DNA of 64,000 nt from Paragordius varius (Eukaryota > Animalia > Nematomorpha), in contig OZ176050.1 of NCBI GenBank assembly GCA_964247055.1, positions 5,270,001 through 5,334,000 of the forward strand, given 5' to 3'. Position numbers and translations under genes: made by a program. The notes below the pieces were generated by a model that searched no databases, was not told where the DNA came from, and saw only the letters and a program-made list of their open reading frames with translations. Below are positions 1-12,962 of the stretch, piece after piece (within the stretch, counting starts at the first letter, position 1; each line of letters opens with the position of its first letter).

Positions 1-165
1 AAAATAGGTTAAAAACGATAAAATAGATAAATGATATAGATGTGATTGATAAAAGTTTAAAACAAAACAAAAAAGTCAAAGGACCAATGAAGCGTTCAGG
101 GACCAACTTGAAGTGTTCAAGCACCAACTTGAAGCATTCAAGGACACTCTTGAAGTGCAAATGTA
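1..165. repeat. Dispersed repeat fragment with 21-bp tandem units; second copy at ~54715-54860
   Basis: Units GAAGCGTTCAGGGACCAACTT / GAAGTGTTCAAGCACCAACTT / GAAGCATTCAAGGACACTCTT at ~90-152. The same units and the same AT-rich upstream flank recur at 54715-54860. Confidence 0.7.
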
Positions 166-647
166 TATATAAGTTTTTTATTGAAAATATATATAAAGGT
201 TAAGATTTTAATAGTGAGTTTAGCTAGTAAATAATAAAAAAATATTTTAATATAGTTATATATTTTTTTTTGTCTTTTAAGTACGTTAATAGAAAAACGA
301 GATTTTTTGATCTGAATTTTTATAAAAACCCTAACTATATTGTTCAGGATATTTATAAATTGATCTGCTAATATGATAATAATAAACCATAATATCTCAT
401 GTTTTATCATTATTTTTTAATTATCCTTAATATTAACTTTGTGTCCAATTTTGATTTTCTCTCAATATTTCAAAACTTAGAGTCAACAAATAAAAATTTT
501 GTTAAAAAAAATTAACCCTCTTTTTTGCGCACAGGGTTACAATATGATTAACTATACATTGCTAATTGTTGAGTGGTATTTTTTTATAAAAGTCAAAAAT
601 CATATATATGTTTATCATGTAATTTATCAAATTTTTCATATATTATT

Positions 648-672
648 TATATATATATATATATATATATAT
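648..672. repeat. (TA)n microsatellite forming the LINE 3' tail or target
   Basis: Pure TA run abutting the LINE stop codon; a shorter TA run (3769-3778) flanks the 5' end. Confidence 0.9.
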
Positions 673-3600
673 CAACCTTTAAGGGTTTTTTCTCCCAACA
701 AGGAGGTAACCCTTCGGATAGAATTACGCCATGAGCAACGGTCCTGTGCATCATCCATTTTCAGGTTTAAAATAGCCAGATCGTTTTCCACAATAGAAAG
801 CCAACTTTGTAATGGACGTCCTTTACGATTTCGCAAACTTGTAGAAAAATTGACCATGCGGTATAGCCAACTTTCATGTGGGCGTCGGTGAACATGTCCC
901 GCAAATCTCAGTCGATTTGTGCGCAAACAATCGATAAGGGGAGTCATTTGTAGGACAGTATATGGATCAAATTTATTATTGTAATTATAGAGGTTTGGGT
1001 TTGTAGCATAAAGTATAGTTTTTAGAATTCTCCTTTCCGCTTGTTGTAACTTTAGTGAATTAGTTTTGGTTAAAGCCATAGCTTCTGTTGCGTAAATTAG
1101 AACGGGTCGTATGGTGGTGGTGTACATAGTCGATTTGGATTTGAATGAGATGTATTTATTGTTTATGATACTTTTGAGTTGGTGGTATTTTGACCAGGCG
1201 TTTTTTATACGGTTATTGATGGTTGGTTAAAGGCCCCCACCAGCGCTTATAATGTCACCCAAATATGTGAAACTTTGTACTGTTTCAAAAGGTTCTTCAT
1301 TACGTACACTTTGTGGAGGCTTAGTTGGGTTGGGCGTGGTGCAATTGCTGCATATAAAATCGTGATGTAATTTTAGCGATTTCAACTGAGAGCATTTTTT
1401 GTGGACCCATTTTTTACATTTGAGGCATTGGATTGCGTTAGTTTCATATTGAGCAGGGCCATTTAATGGGATTGTATTTATTATTATCGTTCATTAATTT
1501 TGTTTTTGATACATTTACCTTAAGTCCAAACATCTCTAGCCGTTCTTTCCACCTCGCAAGATTTGTCTTTAATTGCACTTCACTGTTTGCCATTAATACC
1601 AAGTCGTCGGCGTAAAGAATGTTGTATGGTAAGCCTTGCTCTAAGGGTTTAGAGATTTCATCCATAATAGTTATAAACAAGAACGGGCTTAAGAGCGAGC
1701 CTTGATGCAGCCCGGAGTTAATTGAGAGTGTGTCGGAGTGCCCTACGCTTGTCGCCACCTGAGCTTTGCACTCGGTATATAATGCCATTATTGATTTAAC
1801 CATCCATTCGTCAATGCCTTTGTTTCGTAGGGCCCATGGGATTAGAGTTCGGGATACCGAATCAAATGCCTTTTCGAGGTCGATAAAGGCATAAAATAAG
1901 GGGCTATTTCGAAGGTGTGCTTGTTGAAGTTGTCTTAAGATGAAAATGGCGTCTGTGGTTCCTTTGTTGGGTAAGAAACCACACTGCATTTCATTTATAT
2001 CTATCCTATCTTTTAGCTTATTTAATAGAATAAGTTCAAAAAGTTTCATACCATGTTCGAGTAATTTTATTGGGCGATAGGAGTCAGGGTTAAGTCTGTC
2101 CCCTTTGCCCTTATATAGGGGTATTATTAAGCTATTGTTCCATTCGTTTGGAGTTATATTATGGTTAATTATACTATTAAATATATTACACAGTATCGGT
2201 GTGCTTAGTTTTGAATCCAAGGCGCTGATCATTTCTACAGTAAATTCAGAGGGACCGGAGGCTTTATTCCTTTTCATGTAACGAATTCCTTTTTCAATAT
2301 CAATTTCCGTAAACTGTTCAGCACAACTTAATACAGGGGTAGAACATGGTATAAAAGCATTACTATCATTACTGTTGAATATTTTGTAGAAATGGTTCCT
2401 CCAGGTTTGTTTTATTATGATAGGATCATAGCTTATAGAGTTATCGGGTAGTTTGATTGCTTGTTTTGATAGAGTAGAAGATGAATCTTTTATTGATTTG
2501 TATATGGATTGTGATTTAACCTGGGCATCCATTTTCAAGCCCTCTTCATGGCCCTTTTTGCTCATCATTTCCCTTATTGTTTTCCTACATTTTTTCTTTT
2601 CAATGGAATATTCTAATTTGGATTCAACTGTTTTTTCGGCTTTCCATTTGTTAAAAGCTAACTTTTTCAATTTAATACAATCCTTAATAGCAACGTCCCA
2701 CCACCATTTGAACTTGATGTTATTTACCTTTTTACAGCGTCCTGCTACCTTTTCCAATGAATCAACACATAATTGTCTGAAGGTGCTCCAGTTAATAGAG
2801 TCTGAATTAGAGACCTTATCTGATACCAGCTTTTTATAGGCTTCCACGGTAGATGGATGTTTTAGTTTGTTGTAACGTAGTTTTGATACTGTGTTAACTG
2901 GGTGATGTGATAAGGTAATATTAAGATCTGCGATTACCAACTTGTGTTGCAATTGCAGATCGGGGATTGTTCTAATATTTGTAAAAGTGTTTTTTAAAGA
3001 ATAGCTTGACATAATCAAATCGATGGCAGTGCTTGATTTGCCTGAAACATAAGTGGAATATTTAGATGTGTCCTTTTTAAAGAAGGTATTAATTATTGTT
3101 AAATTGTTATTTGTTGCAAAGTCAAGAATACATTTACCATTTTCATTAAGGGAATCAAGATTGAATCCTCCGTGTACATTTGGGATAGGCAAATTGCCGA
3201 TATGACCATTAAGGTCTCCAGAAAGAATTAATTTTTCATTTTCAGGGATTCCATTTGAAATTTGATATAGAGTTGACCAGAACGCATCGGAGACTTCAGA
3301 GATTGTACCAGAGACCGGTGCGTATAATGAGAATATATTGTAGATATAATTATTGATTTTTATTTTTACGAACATAATACGCTCGTTAATATAATGAGTT
3401 GAAATAATATTAGATTTTAAACGTTGCGCGATAAAAATGGCGACTCCCGCCTTTTTTCTTTTGTCTGAGTTACCACACCAAATTAAATGAAAATTTCCAA
3501 CAGTTTTGGTACCTTGCCCTTTCCATTTGATTTCCTGAATAGAACATATATCCACTTTTCTTTCATAAAGTCTAGAGGCTATTTCTTCTGATCTCGCTGT

Positions 3601-3768
3601 CAGTGTATTAACATTCCAAGTCGCTATCCGGAATTTCGATTTTTCACCAAATTTTTTCCGCGAGGATGGCATTCCTTTCCGCAACCTCCCCAACGGGAGG
3701 AAAATGTGTATTAGAAGAAGAAGGTGGGGAAAAAAAAATAAGTTCAAATAGATTTAAAAGTTTACAGC
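672..3768 (-). mobile_element. Near full-length RTE-like non-LTR retrotransposon (APE endonuclease + RT + PHD-like finger + C-terminal domain)
   Basis: APE motifs FRIATWNVNTL, DICSIQEIKW, LSGDLNGHIG and RT motifs YRPIKLL, FIDLEKAFDSV, GLHQGSLLSPFLF, ILYADDL. After a small deletion near 1440 a shifted frame reads NAIQCLKCKKWVHKKC...FICSNC, then FTYLGDIIS, one TAA, and the 672-1127 ORF. The stop runs directly into (TA)n. Confidence 0.93.
1444..3672 (-). pseudogene. LINE ORF (endonuclease + reverse transcriptase), truncated at WPCSI* by a small deletion
   Basis: Track ORF 1444..3747; first ATG at 3672 (MPSSRKK...). Coding sequence resumes in another frame and runs to 672 with one in-frame stop. 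Confidence 0.88.
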
Positions 3769-4515
3769 TATATATATAATTTTTACAACCTAACTTTCTA
3801 CTCTAGGTTTCAAAATTTAACAAAACAGCAGCAGCCGATTTTATATAATTAATTATAAAAATTTGACGTTAAATAATTCAATCATTGCAAAATATTCACT
3901 TTTTTTTACAGTTGCGCATAAAAAATAAATATCCATTCGATCGATGAAACCTTTAGGATAATATAACGAATATCAAAATGATGAAAAATAAAGTTTTATT
4001 GTTTGCCAATATCAAAAAATCGCCCTTTTCTTTAACTTTGAATATAATTGAGGATGCCTCAGCGGGTACTATGTGTTAGAGGACCTAAGCGCAAAATAAT
4101 ATTTATGAATTTAAATTTTTAAAAAAACAGAACGATTCACAATGATTAAACCAAACCGAATTGCCTAAAACAGAATTTTATTGTTTTACATTATTTCCGC
4201 TAGGATGTAAATTTTTTAAAAATGCTTATAAATAACTAAAATATTTTATTCCGGAGATATTTTATTTCATAATATCTGGATCAAAATAGTGGTCTAATGT
4301 TAATTGTCTGATTTGAAAACGAATTAATAAATAATTATACACCAAACTCGCTGGGATGCAAATGACCTAAATTGCTTTTTATACATTGCGCTTACGTTAT
4401 TTTTATAAAGCGATAAATTTGGTTATTGTTTATTAGAGATATTAGACATAAATATTTACCCTCCTTTCTATTGCACATAATATAGGATATACTACCTTCG
4501 TTATTTAAATTAATA

Positions 4516-5665
4516 GTGTATGGGTCAAGCGAAAAAGATTTTAAATGTGGAAGTACGCGGTCTACTTCACTCATAGATTGGATCCCGAACGAAAATTTTG
4601 CCATTCTTGATTATTTCCCAAAAGAAAATGTAGCACAACTCAAAAAACTTAAGGACATTGATTTTCGTTATTTAATAACAGGATCATTGGTTAAGAAACA
4701 GATAAAACAAACCAATGAAATATATTGTGCTCATAAGAGTGAAAGGACAGCATATCATTTTCCCAAAATCCAGCAAAAAATTAACATGTTAAATTCGCCA
4801 TCATTGATCAAAATAAGTGATAAAATAGGGTTTAATTTTAAGTTTTCAGCAGCTTGGTATGGTACGCCGTTTGCTTATGAACATGTAGTTGAAATCAACT
4901 TCCCATTGCCAATACTTATTGATGGCTTTTCAGTCAAAGGAGGGCTGGAAATTAACAATAAAAATGGTTTATATACTCTCAATTATATTATCAAATATTT
5001 ATATTCTAACAACTTGCAGAAAATTTATAGTCGGTTTTAGTGTGTATTTGATAAAAGTTTAAATGGGAACTCGAATTTCCAAAAAAAATACATATTAATA
5101 TTTATAAAAAATTAACTTAATCTCTCGTAACAAAATGCACAATTTAAATTAACTTTTTTAGATTATTTCTATCTTTGGCCTAAGGGAAAAATATTTTAAT
5201 TTATAAAAATACTGAATTGTCAATAAAATAGAATTTGCTGTGTTAGATGAAGTAAAATGCGATATTTGTAAACGATTAGTCACAGAATTCCGCATCACAT
5301 ATCGATCTGGCACCAATGATTGGTTCGTGGTGCACAATGAAAAAGATGAAGAGATTGTAAGTAATAAAGTATTAAAATATATATTCACATAAAAATAAAT
5401 TATCGTTTTTTAGATCTTTAAAACGATCGATGAAAATTATGAATCATTTGAAAACTTTGATGATTTGATCAAAATGGATATAAATAAGGCCCGATTTAAC
5501 AATATTGGATCACCATTTACTGCTGAAGCAATCAGAATCCATGTTGTAGATTGGTGGCCAAAAAATTTAACGCTTTCAAAAAACAATACCCAGGTATTTC
5601 AAAACACAATACTTAATCCGGTCATGAGATTCGACATCATTGGCTGCCATATTTTATTTGAGTAA
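4516..5665 (+). CDS. Divergent discoidin / coagulation factor 5/8 type C domain protein; 5' end uncertain
   Basis: Exons ~4517-4966, 5232 (or 5247)-5356 and 5414-5665 give SAAWYG...HVVEINFPLPILIDGFSVKGG / LVTEFRITYRSGTNDWFVV...EEI / IFKTID...PFTAEAIRIHVVDW...PVMRFDIIGC*. This is the ordered FA58C motif set ending in R-x-D/E-x-x-GC. Intron 5357-5413 (GTAAGT...TAG, 57 nt) is phase-consistent. Confidence 0.62.
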
Positions 5666-5893
5666 AATAAATGGAGAGTAGTAATGACCAAACTAATATT
5701 TATTACATATATATATATCATAAAACAAACTTTGACATAGCATAAGCAAATATAAGAATGGAGGATGAATGAAAATTATAGTTTAAAATAATGATTGCTA
5801 CTAGGGTCCAAAAAATGATATGAGTAATTTAAAATGAATAATTAATCAAACTTACATCGCGCAAATATGTGTATTAAACATCATAAAAGATAA

Positions 5894-6470
5894 TTATGAG
5901 TCTCTTTCCCCATCCAAAAATAGAACGTATTTACGCCCAAAATACAAAAAGGTTGATGCTAACAAGGCGGCGGTAGCAAATCTAGTATAAGGTTCATCTG
6001 GAAGGACAATGCGAGAGGTAGCACATATCAAAATTGAACCTAGTTATTATATAAAGCAAAAAATTTAATCAACACTTAAAACAACCATAATTAATAATTT
6101 AATTAAAACGTATTTAATGTATAATAAAAACCTTACCAAAATTGAACATAGTGGTTCCCAACAATGAATATAAAACACGGTCCGCAGGTTTTGGGCAGTT
6201 CTTCAAATGTTTGCTATTGTAGAGGTACATTCCAATACCCAAATGTGAAGCAAATAATAAAGAATTAGCAAGGGCTAACTTATAATCTGACGAAACACTA
6301 AAATTAATTTCTTTTTACTGATTCAACATATTCGGATTTAATACATTAGATAAAAATGCAAAATATCCGGCAGCGCCAATAACAGGAACATAATTTACGA
6401 GCGCATTTTCAATTTTTTCACCATCTACTTTTTTAGGAAATCCTGGCAAGCTATCATCATTTGAAGCCAT
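5894..6470 (-). CDS. 152-aa multi-pass membrane protein, apparently from an uncharacterised invertebrate family
   Basis: Exons 6470-6319, 6297-6137 and 6039-5894 join into an intact 459-nt ORF: MASNDD...NYVPVIGAAGYFAFLSNVLNP...LANSLLFASHLGIGMYLYN..HL...YSLLGTTMFNFGSILI...FGRKYVLFLD. About four hydrophobic segments. Introns are 21 and 97 nt. Absent from the ORF track. Family resemblance is from recall only. Confidence 0.8.
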
Positions 6471-7912
6471 TTTATGATGCGGTGAACTATTATATATAAA
6501 TGAGTCAACGAGAAATGCAAAATATTGAAATATTTTATAGTCCTAGTTTTATGATGAAATATCTTGAGTGTAAATTGGGTAAATGGTTACCCCCAAATAA
6601 ACAAGATTCGGTATTAAAAAGCTGGGATAGCGAGCTCAGAGTTTAAACTGTGTTTTTCCTTTATAAAAATAGGTTATCTGGGTACAAAATCATGGGTTTA
6701 AATAATGTGAAATATATAAATTCTGATAGTATAAATTATTAAGGTTCTCATAATGCTTTAAATTAGCGTACATTACAATGCACGAAATCGGGGGGGGGGG
6801 GGGTATCAAAAATATCCTGATGAAACATATATTGTGTCAGGATTCTCCTGGTGTTTTTTCTTCACGCAATTTGCTGACTAACTATTTTCCTTGAGTCTTG
6901 TCGATAAAATAAATAAATTCAAGTTATTTAATGAAGCTTTTTTATATTTTGCATAAATGTTATATATGTGCAAACTTTTGCAATGGTGTCATTTGTTCTA
7001 TATTTTTGGAATTATATAATTTTAAACAGAACTGGGGTCCCCAAGTTGAATTGGAGAACTGAAGTATGTATGTTGTATCCAAGTATTAAACAGCAAATGT
7101 CGATATTGGATAAAAAAATTATGCTTATTTTGACATTTTCCGCTAAATTGTTTCTAAAAAATTAATATATAGCCAATTTTTGACTAGGTGAGTATTATGA
7201 TATTTTGAAACATTATAATACTAAAAAAGCTTTAAGACATTGAAAAAACACTTTTCCATATAATTTATGCTAAACATATCCATTTCAAAATTTTAAAATA
7301 AAAATTCGTTCTTAAATTTCGTTCTAAATTGTTTTGAAATACAAGCCTTTAAATTTCTAGGTTATAGAAATGTTAAGCATTATTGAATCCCAATCACCAA
7401 AATAAAGAGGTAAAAAAATATCCTGATAAAAAGTATTATATATTCTGATAGTTAAATGTTTCAGGATTTTTTGGGGGTCAAGAATATAAGAAAGTTTTTT
7501 TTATTACTAGATAGCGTAAAATCGCAAAATTAGCACACATTATTCATAATTTTTTTGACCCAAATGCTTTTTTCCAAAAATCTCATTAATATAATTTTGT
7601 TTAGGATATCACCTGGGGACAACATATCCATTTTAGTCTTTCGATTCAAATTGTGGTAGCTGGATTACCCAGGCCTGTTTAAAACTAAATAATTTAAAAA
7701 ATATGGAATCAAATGAAACCATAAATTTTGCACATTTAAAACATTAATGAAACGTATTAAAAATTTGATTCAAGAATACTTACTTGATATTATTCATTTT
7801 TAGGTAAACCTAAAGAAATTTAGTCAACATGACAAGTGTGCATTAGCTAAATTCAAAAATAATACAAATTAAACCACTTTATCTATTTTTATCAATGTTA
7901 AATGAGATTTAA

Positions 7913-8444
7913 CACTTCGATTCAAATTGGGGTATCGAAATACCCCAAACTAAATTTGATTTAGGATTTTTGAAAAACTACTGAAGGAAACGGTCCCAAT
8001 TTAAATTTATGCTTCTATCCTAATAAAAATCACATAAATATGGCAAAATATCTAAATAAAATTTTGTTTTTAAAAAAAAGTTTCATGTCAAACTACTTCG
8101 ACGTCATTTTTATTTTACAAATTTTTTTCAAAATATCGTCTTCAATTAATTTTAATGGTAAAATTAAAGCTAATTTTTTATTTAAATTACATCAAACATT
8201 TATAGAAATAGAAAAAGCGGTTTATTTTGTATTATTTTTAAATTTTACCATTACACACATGTCAAGTTGACTAAATTTTTACCTCTCGGTTTTAGCTTAA
8301 AATAAGTAATATCAAGTATTTTATAAAATATTTTATATATTTCAGTTTTTCAATGTTATATAAGTGCAAAATTTTAACATGGCACTTCCTTCCATATTTT
8401 TAATTTGAATCGAAGGACTAAAATGAATGTGTTGTATCCAAGTG
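7913..8444 (+). mobile_element. MITE family A (CACTT...AAGTG termini, 4-bp target)
   Basis: TTAA|CACTTCGATTCAAATTGGGG ... GTGTTGTATCCAAGTG|TTAA. Fragments of the same family at ~6970-7085, ~7610-7900 and ~8470-8667. Confidence 0.85.
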
Positions 8445-8681
8445 TTAAATAAAAAACTAGCTTTTTAGCTTTAAAATCAAATAAACAAGATATTTTACAA
8501 AAATGTTGCAAAATGAAAATAATGTAAACCAAATTTAATTTAGATATGTCGGCTTATTTATATAATTTCTATTAGGATAGAATCATAAATTTAATTTGCT
8601 TTCTTTCAGTAGTTTTTTAAAAATTTCAACTTACATATGGTCTGGGGTATTTACATACATCGAAGTGATATACTAGGTTAA

Positions 8682-9255
8682 CACTTGGATACAACACACT
8701 CATTTTAGTCCTTTGATTCAAATTGGGGTAGTTAGGTACCCCAGGCCTGTTTAAAATCAAATTCTTTAAAAAGTATGGAAGGAATCAAAACCATGGCAAA
8801 ATTTTGCACTTATATAACATTAATAAACCGAAATATATAAAAAAATTTTATTCAAAAATACTTGATATTAGTTATTTTGAGCTAAAACCGAAAGGTAAAA
8901 ATTTCATCAACGTGACATATATGAAATGGAAAATTAAAATATAATACAAAAAAACCACTTTTTCTATGTCTATCAATGTTAGATGTAATTTAAATATAAA
9001 ATTACTTTAATTTTACCCTTAAAATTGGATGAAGACGATATTTTGTAAAAATTTTGCAAAATAAAAATGGCGTCGAAGTAGTTAGATATGGAACTTTTTT
9101 TCAAAACAAAATTTTATTTAGATATTGGCATATTTATTTAATTTTCATTGGGATGAAGCATAAATGTAAAATTACCGTTTACTTCCGTAGTTTTTTAAAA
9201 ATCTTAACTTAAATTTAGTCTGGGGTATTTAGACACCCCAATTTATATCGAAGTG
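8682..9255 (-). mobile_element. MITE family A copy
   Basis: TTAA|CACTTGGATACAACAC ... ATCGAAGTG|TTAA; reverse complement of 7913-8444. Confidence 0.88.
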
Positions 9256-9267
9256 TTAATTATACAC

Positions 9268-11659
9268 CAGTGATACTCAAACCGCGGCCCGTGGGCCGCA
9301 TGCGGCCCTTAGAGTGCTTTTAAATTGCCCTATAAGCATATTGATACTTATATTTTTTTTTATTGATGAACTTTTAAAATACACATAAACGAATTTTCAT
9401 AGTTTTTATTTTTTACTCAATTTAAATATAAAAAAATTTCCTTACATTAGAATGATTTCAAAAAATTGGCACACGTTGTTTCTGATTTTGTATTCTATTT
9501 TCTTTTCTATTTTGACATTTATATTGCATTCCTTTTTGTATTTAAGCAAGCATTTCACTCAAACTTCAAATACATATTCTTTTCAATGCTATCCTGCATC
9601 ATTTTTTATAACTCATTCCCATAAAATATTTTTCAAAATAACATCATTAAATTTCGACCTGTTTTTTATATCATAATATAATTTATATTCCCAATTTTTC
9701 GAAAAAATCTACATAATAATTAAACATAAATTCAAAGGATGACATCTAATGCTAAAAAACGTAAATTATCCGATGAAAATCGCTTCTTAAAAAAGAATGG
9801 GAAGAAAAATTCTTTGTCGTTCAAAATAAAAATGTTACCTGCCATATATGTAAGGACAACATAATTATAAAAAAATACAATATTAAAAGACATTTTACAA
9901 TCCATTTTCATACCCGAAAATCATGAGGAAAGAAACGAAAAATATAAAAAGATTAAGGAATTATAGGAAAAATCTATTATGTCCATAGCTTTTTCTCAGG
10001 AAAAAGCTTTAACATTAGCTTCGTATGAAATTTGCTATATTTTTGGAAAAAATATGAAACCACTGATTCCCAACTAATAAAAGAATGTCGAATAAATGGT
10101 TGCACTTTTTTTTGATATATTCCATAATAAAGATCAAATCGTGAGGCAAAATAACTTCAACTTTCAGATTCAACATGTGCTCGGCGCATTCAAGATATGT
10201 CTAAATATATTTTTAACAATACATTATTGGCTCAGAAAAACTGCAAATATTTTAGTATTGCTATTGATTCTAGGACTGATATTAGTTCAACACCACAATG
10301 TGCGCTCTTCGTGAGATTTTGCTACGACAACATAATCAACGAGGAATATTTTAAATTACCAATGAATAATACCACGAAAGGTAATTTTCTCGAAATAATT
10401 AGCACTTTTTTCGATAATAATGGATTATGAAATTGGTGATCTGCACAGATGGTCCTCTATAATTGGAATATACAAAGGATTTATTCCTTTTAAAACAAAT
10501 ATAATTTGCAAAATATTTTATCCTTTCACTGCCTTATTCATCAGCAAAACTTGGTTTCGCATGTAAAAATGAATTATTAAGTAATTAAAACGGTTGTGGA
10601 TATGGTTAACCACATCCGTGGCAGAGAATTTAAACCCCGTATATTCGAAAACCTTCTAAAAGATAACAGTGAGTTTGATGATATTCTTTTGTACACCGCT
10701 GTGAGGTGGCTAAACCTTGCAAAGTATTAAATAAATTTTTTGTTTTAAGTTATGAAATTCTATTATCATAAAGTTAACAGAAAATTTGACGAGGAAATAA
10801 TAGTGACAAATAATGGGTTTTATTAGCCTACCTTTGCAACATTATTTATCTTAGTTTTAATACAAGTCTTCAAGGGAGCAAAATAATAACCCAATTTGCT
10901 AATCAAATATTGCTTTAAAAAAAATTAATAATATATAATCCAGATTTTATAAATAAAACACTCCCATATTTTCCAACACTTAAAACGATTCATGAAGAAA
11001 ATATTGAATTTACCGCGGAGATTAATATAATAATAGACAATCATTTAATATTTTTATATAATGACATGAAATTCAGATTTGAATTAAGAAATATTGTAAA
11101 TGGCTTAAAACTCATTTAAAATCCATGGCATATGGATCCAATATTAAGCGATTTGAGCATTTCGGTATTGATCAGGCGCAATCATTAAAGAATTCGTAGA
11201 TTTCAAAAATGATTCCAATTAGGAGGCTATATTCAAGGAGAAACGTAGAGAAGAAAAATATGTAGAATTTTGGTAAGATGTGCCAAATAAATATGAAAAT
11301 ATAAAAAAATGTGCTCAGTTTTCCTAACTGTTTTTCCCTCATTTTACACGTGTTAGACAGCATATTCAAAAATGAAGTATGCCAAGAATACAAACAATAG
11401 CTTAACCGATGATCATATGGACGACGTATTAAGATTGGCTTGTTATTGGTTAATATCAAAATATTTTAATTTTTAAACTAAATGGTGCAAAACGATTAGT
11501 TGGATCATGCGATACGCAAAAAATTCGTGCTGATTTAGAGTATTAATATGTGCATATGTGTCAAATAGATATGGAATATTTGCCATTATGAGGTTCATGG
11601 CCCTCGAAAAAAAAATATATTTTATTTGGCCCGTCAAATTTTTTTGGTGAGTACCACTG
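9268..11659 (+). mobile_element. Decayed hAT transposon (Charlie/SPIN, EPM2AIP1/GTF2IRD2-like transposase)
   Basis: TIRs CAGTGATACTCA / TGAGTACCACTG with degenerate 8-bp flanks TTATACAC / ATATACAT. Broken transposase remnants: KRKLSDENR, YFSIAIDSRTDISSTPQCALFVR, FHCLIHQQ, AVRW, SLTDDHMDDVLRLA. Confidence 0.88.
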
Positions 11660-11696
11660 ATATACATAGTGGCCAGAAAAAAATATGTGAAATACA

Positions 11697-12297
11697 CTGC
11701 GTCAAAATCGGGGTATGAAAAAATAACCTGATATTCTGATAAAAAAATGTATCAGAATTATCAGGGTGCTTTTAGTTTCATCCCTAAAGAGTGTAATAAG
11801 AAAGTGATTGATTTTTGAGGAAAATGCGCCATATTAGAAAATGGCAAAATTTCCGCCTTTTTTAAAAATATAAATTTTTTGGTTGAAAAATGGTTCATTA
11901 TAAAAAATATCCCTAAAATATAGCATAAACTAAATATGAAATGCAAAACAATATTTTCAAAAATATTTTGTTTTTAGCGGTGGGTTCCAAAAATCCCAAA
12001 ATTTTTCCCTAAAAAGCGGGCGAGTTCTGTTAAAACGCAAAAATGCCAAAATTGCGGGATAAATTTAAGTATATTTTTCCAAACCGTTTCCATCATGACT
12101 TAAATAGTATGAAGCACGGTTTAAATAAATTTTTCTAAAAATGGTTTAAAAAAGGTATGCATTTTTAATATTTTTAATGGCTATCAAAATTTAGCATATA
12201 TTTAAAATTTTTATAGTCGCAATCTCGGCATATTCCCGTTTATTTTAAGAGAACTAGCCTATATTAGAAGAGCGTAACATTTTGGGACTTGCGTAGC

Positions 12298-12344
<47 letters not shown>

Positions 12345-12914
12345 AATATCACTTGGATACAACACATTCATTTTAGTCCTTCGATTCAAATTGGGGTAGT
12401 TAGATACCCCAAGCCTCTTTAAAATTAAATTCTTTAAAAAATATTAAAGGAATCGAAACTATTGCAAAATTTTGCACTTATATAACATTCATAAACCGAA
12501 ATATATAAAAAAATTATTGAAAAATATTTGATAATACTTATTTTAAGCTAAAACCGAAAGGTAAAAATTCAGTCAACGTGACATGTGTGCAATGGTAAAA
12601 TTTAAAAATAATACAAAATAAACCGCTTTTTCTATTTCTATCAATGTTTGATGTAATTTAAATAAAAAATTAGCTTTAATTTTACCCTTAAAATTGAAGA
12701 TGATATTTTGCAAAAATTTTGTAAAATAAAAATGACGTCGAAGTAGTTTGACATGGAATTTTTTTTCAAAACAAAATTTAATTTGGAGATTTTGGCATAA
12801 TTATTTTTTTTAGGATAGAAGCATAAATTTAAATTGGGACCGTTTCCTTCAGTAGTTTTCTAAAAATCTTATAAATTAAGTGTGGGGTATTTATATAAGC
12901 CAATTTGAATCGAA

Positions 12915-12962
<48 letters not shown>

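Noticed and set aside
499-891. 130-aa plus-strand ORF, and 2453-2839 (+)
   Set aside because: Antisense shadows of the LINE ORF; the first also runs through a TA repeat.
4480-5045. Even shorter candidate introns (11-18 nt) at 4500-4516, 5030-5040 and ~20590-20610
   Set aside because: They do not restore any recognisable conserved frame, and GT..AG pairs are frequent by chance.
4392-5388. Minus-strand ORFs 4392-4604 and 5158-5388, the latter signal-peptide-like
   Set aside because: They overlap plus-strand exons that carry ordered discoidin motifs and good splice sites.
6789-6803. Poly-G run, and poly-C at 14644-14660
   Set aside because: Both are expansions of short G/C runs at transposon ends; no independent function is evident and lengths may be sequencing-dependent.
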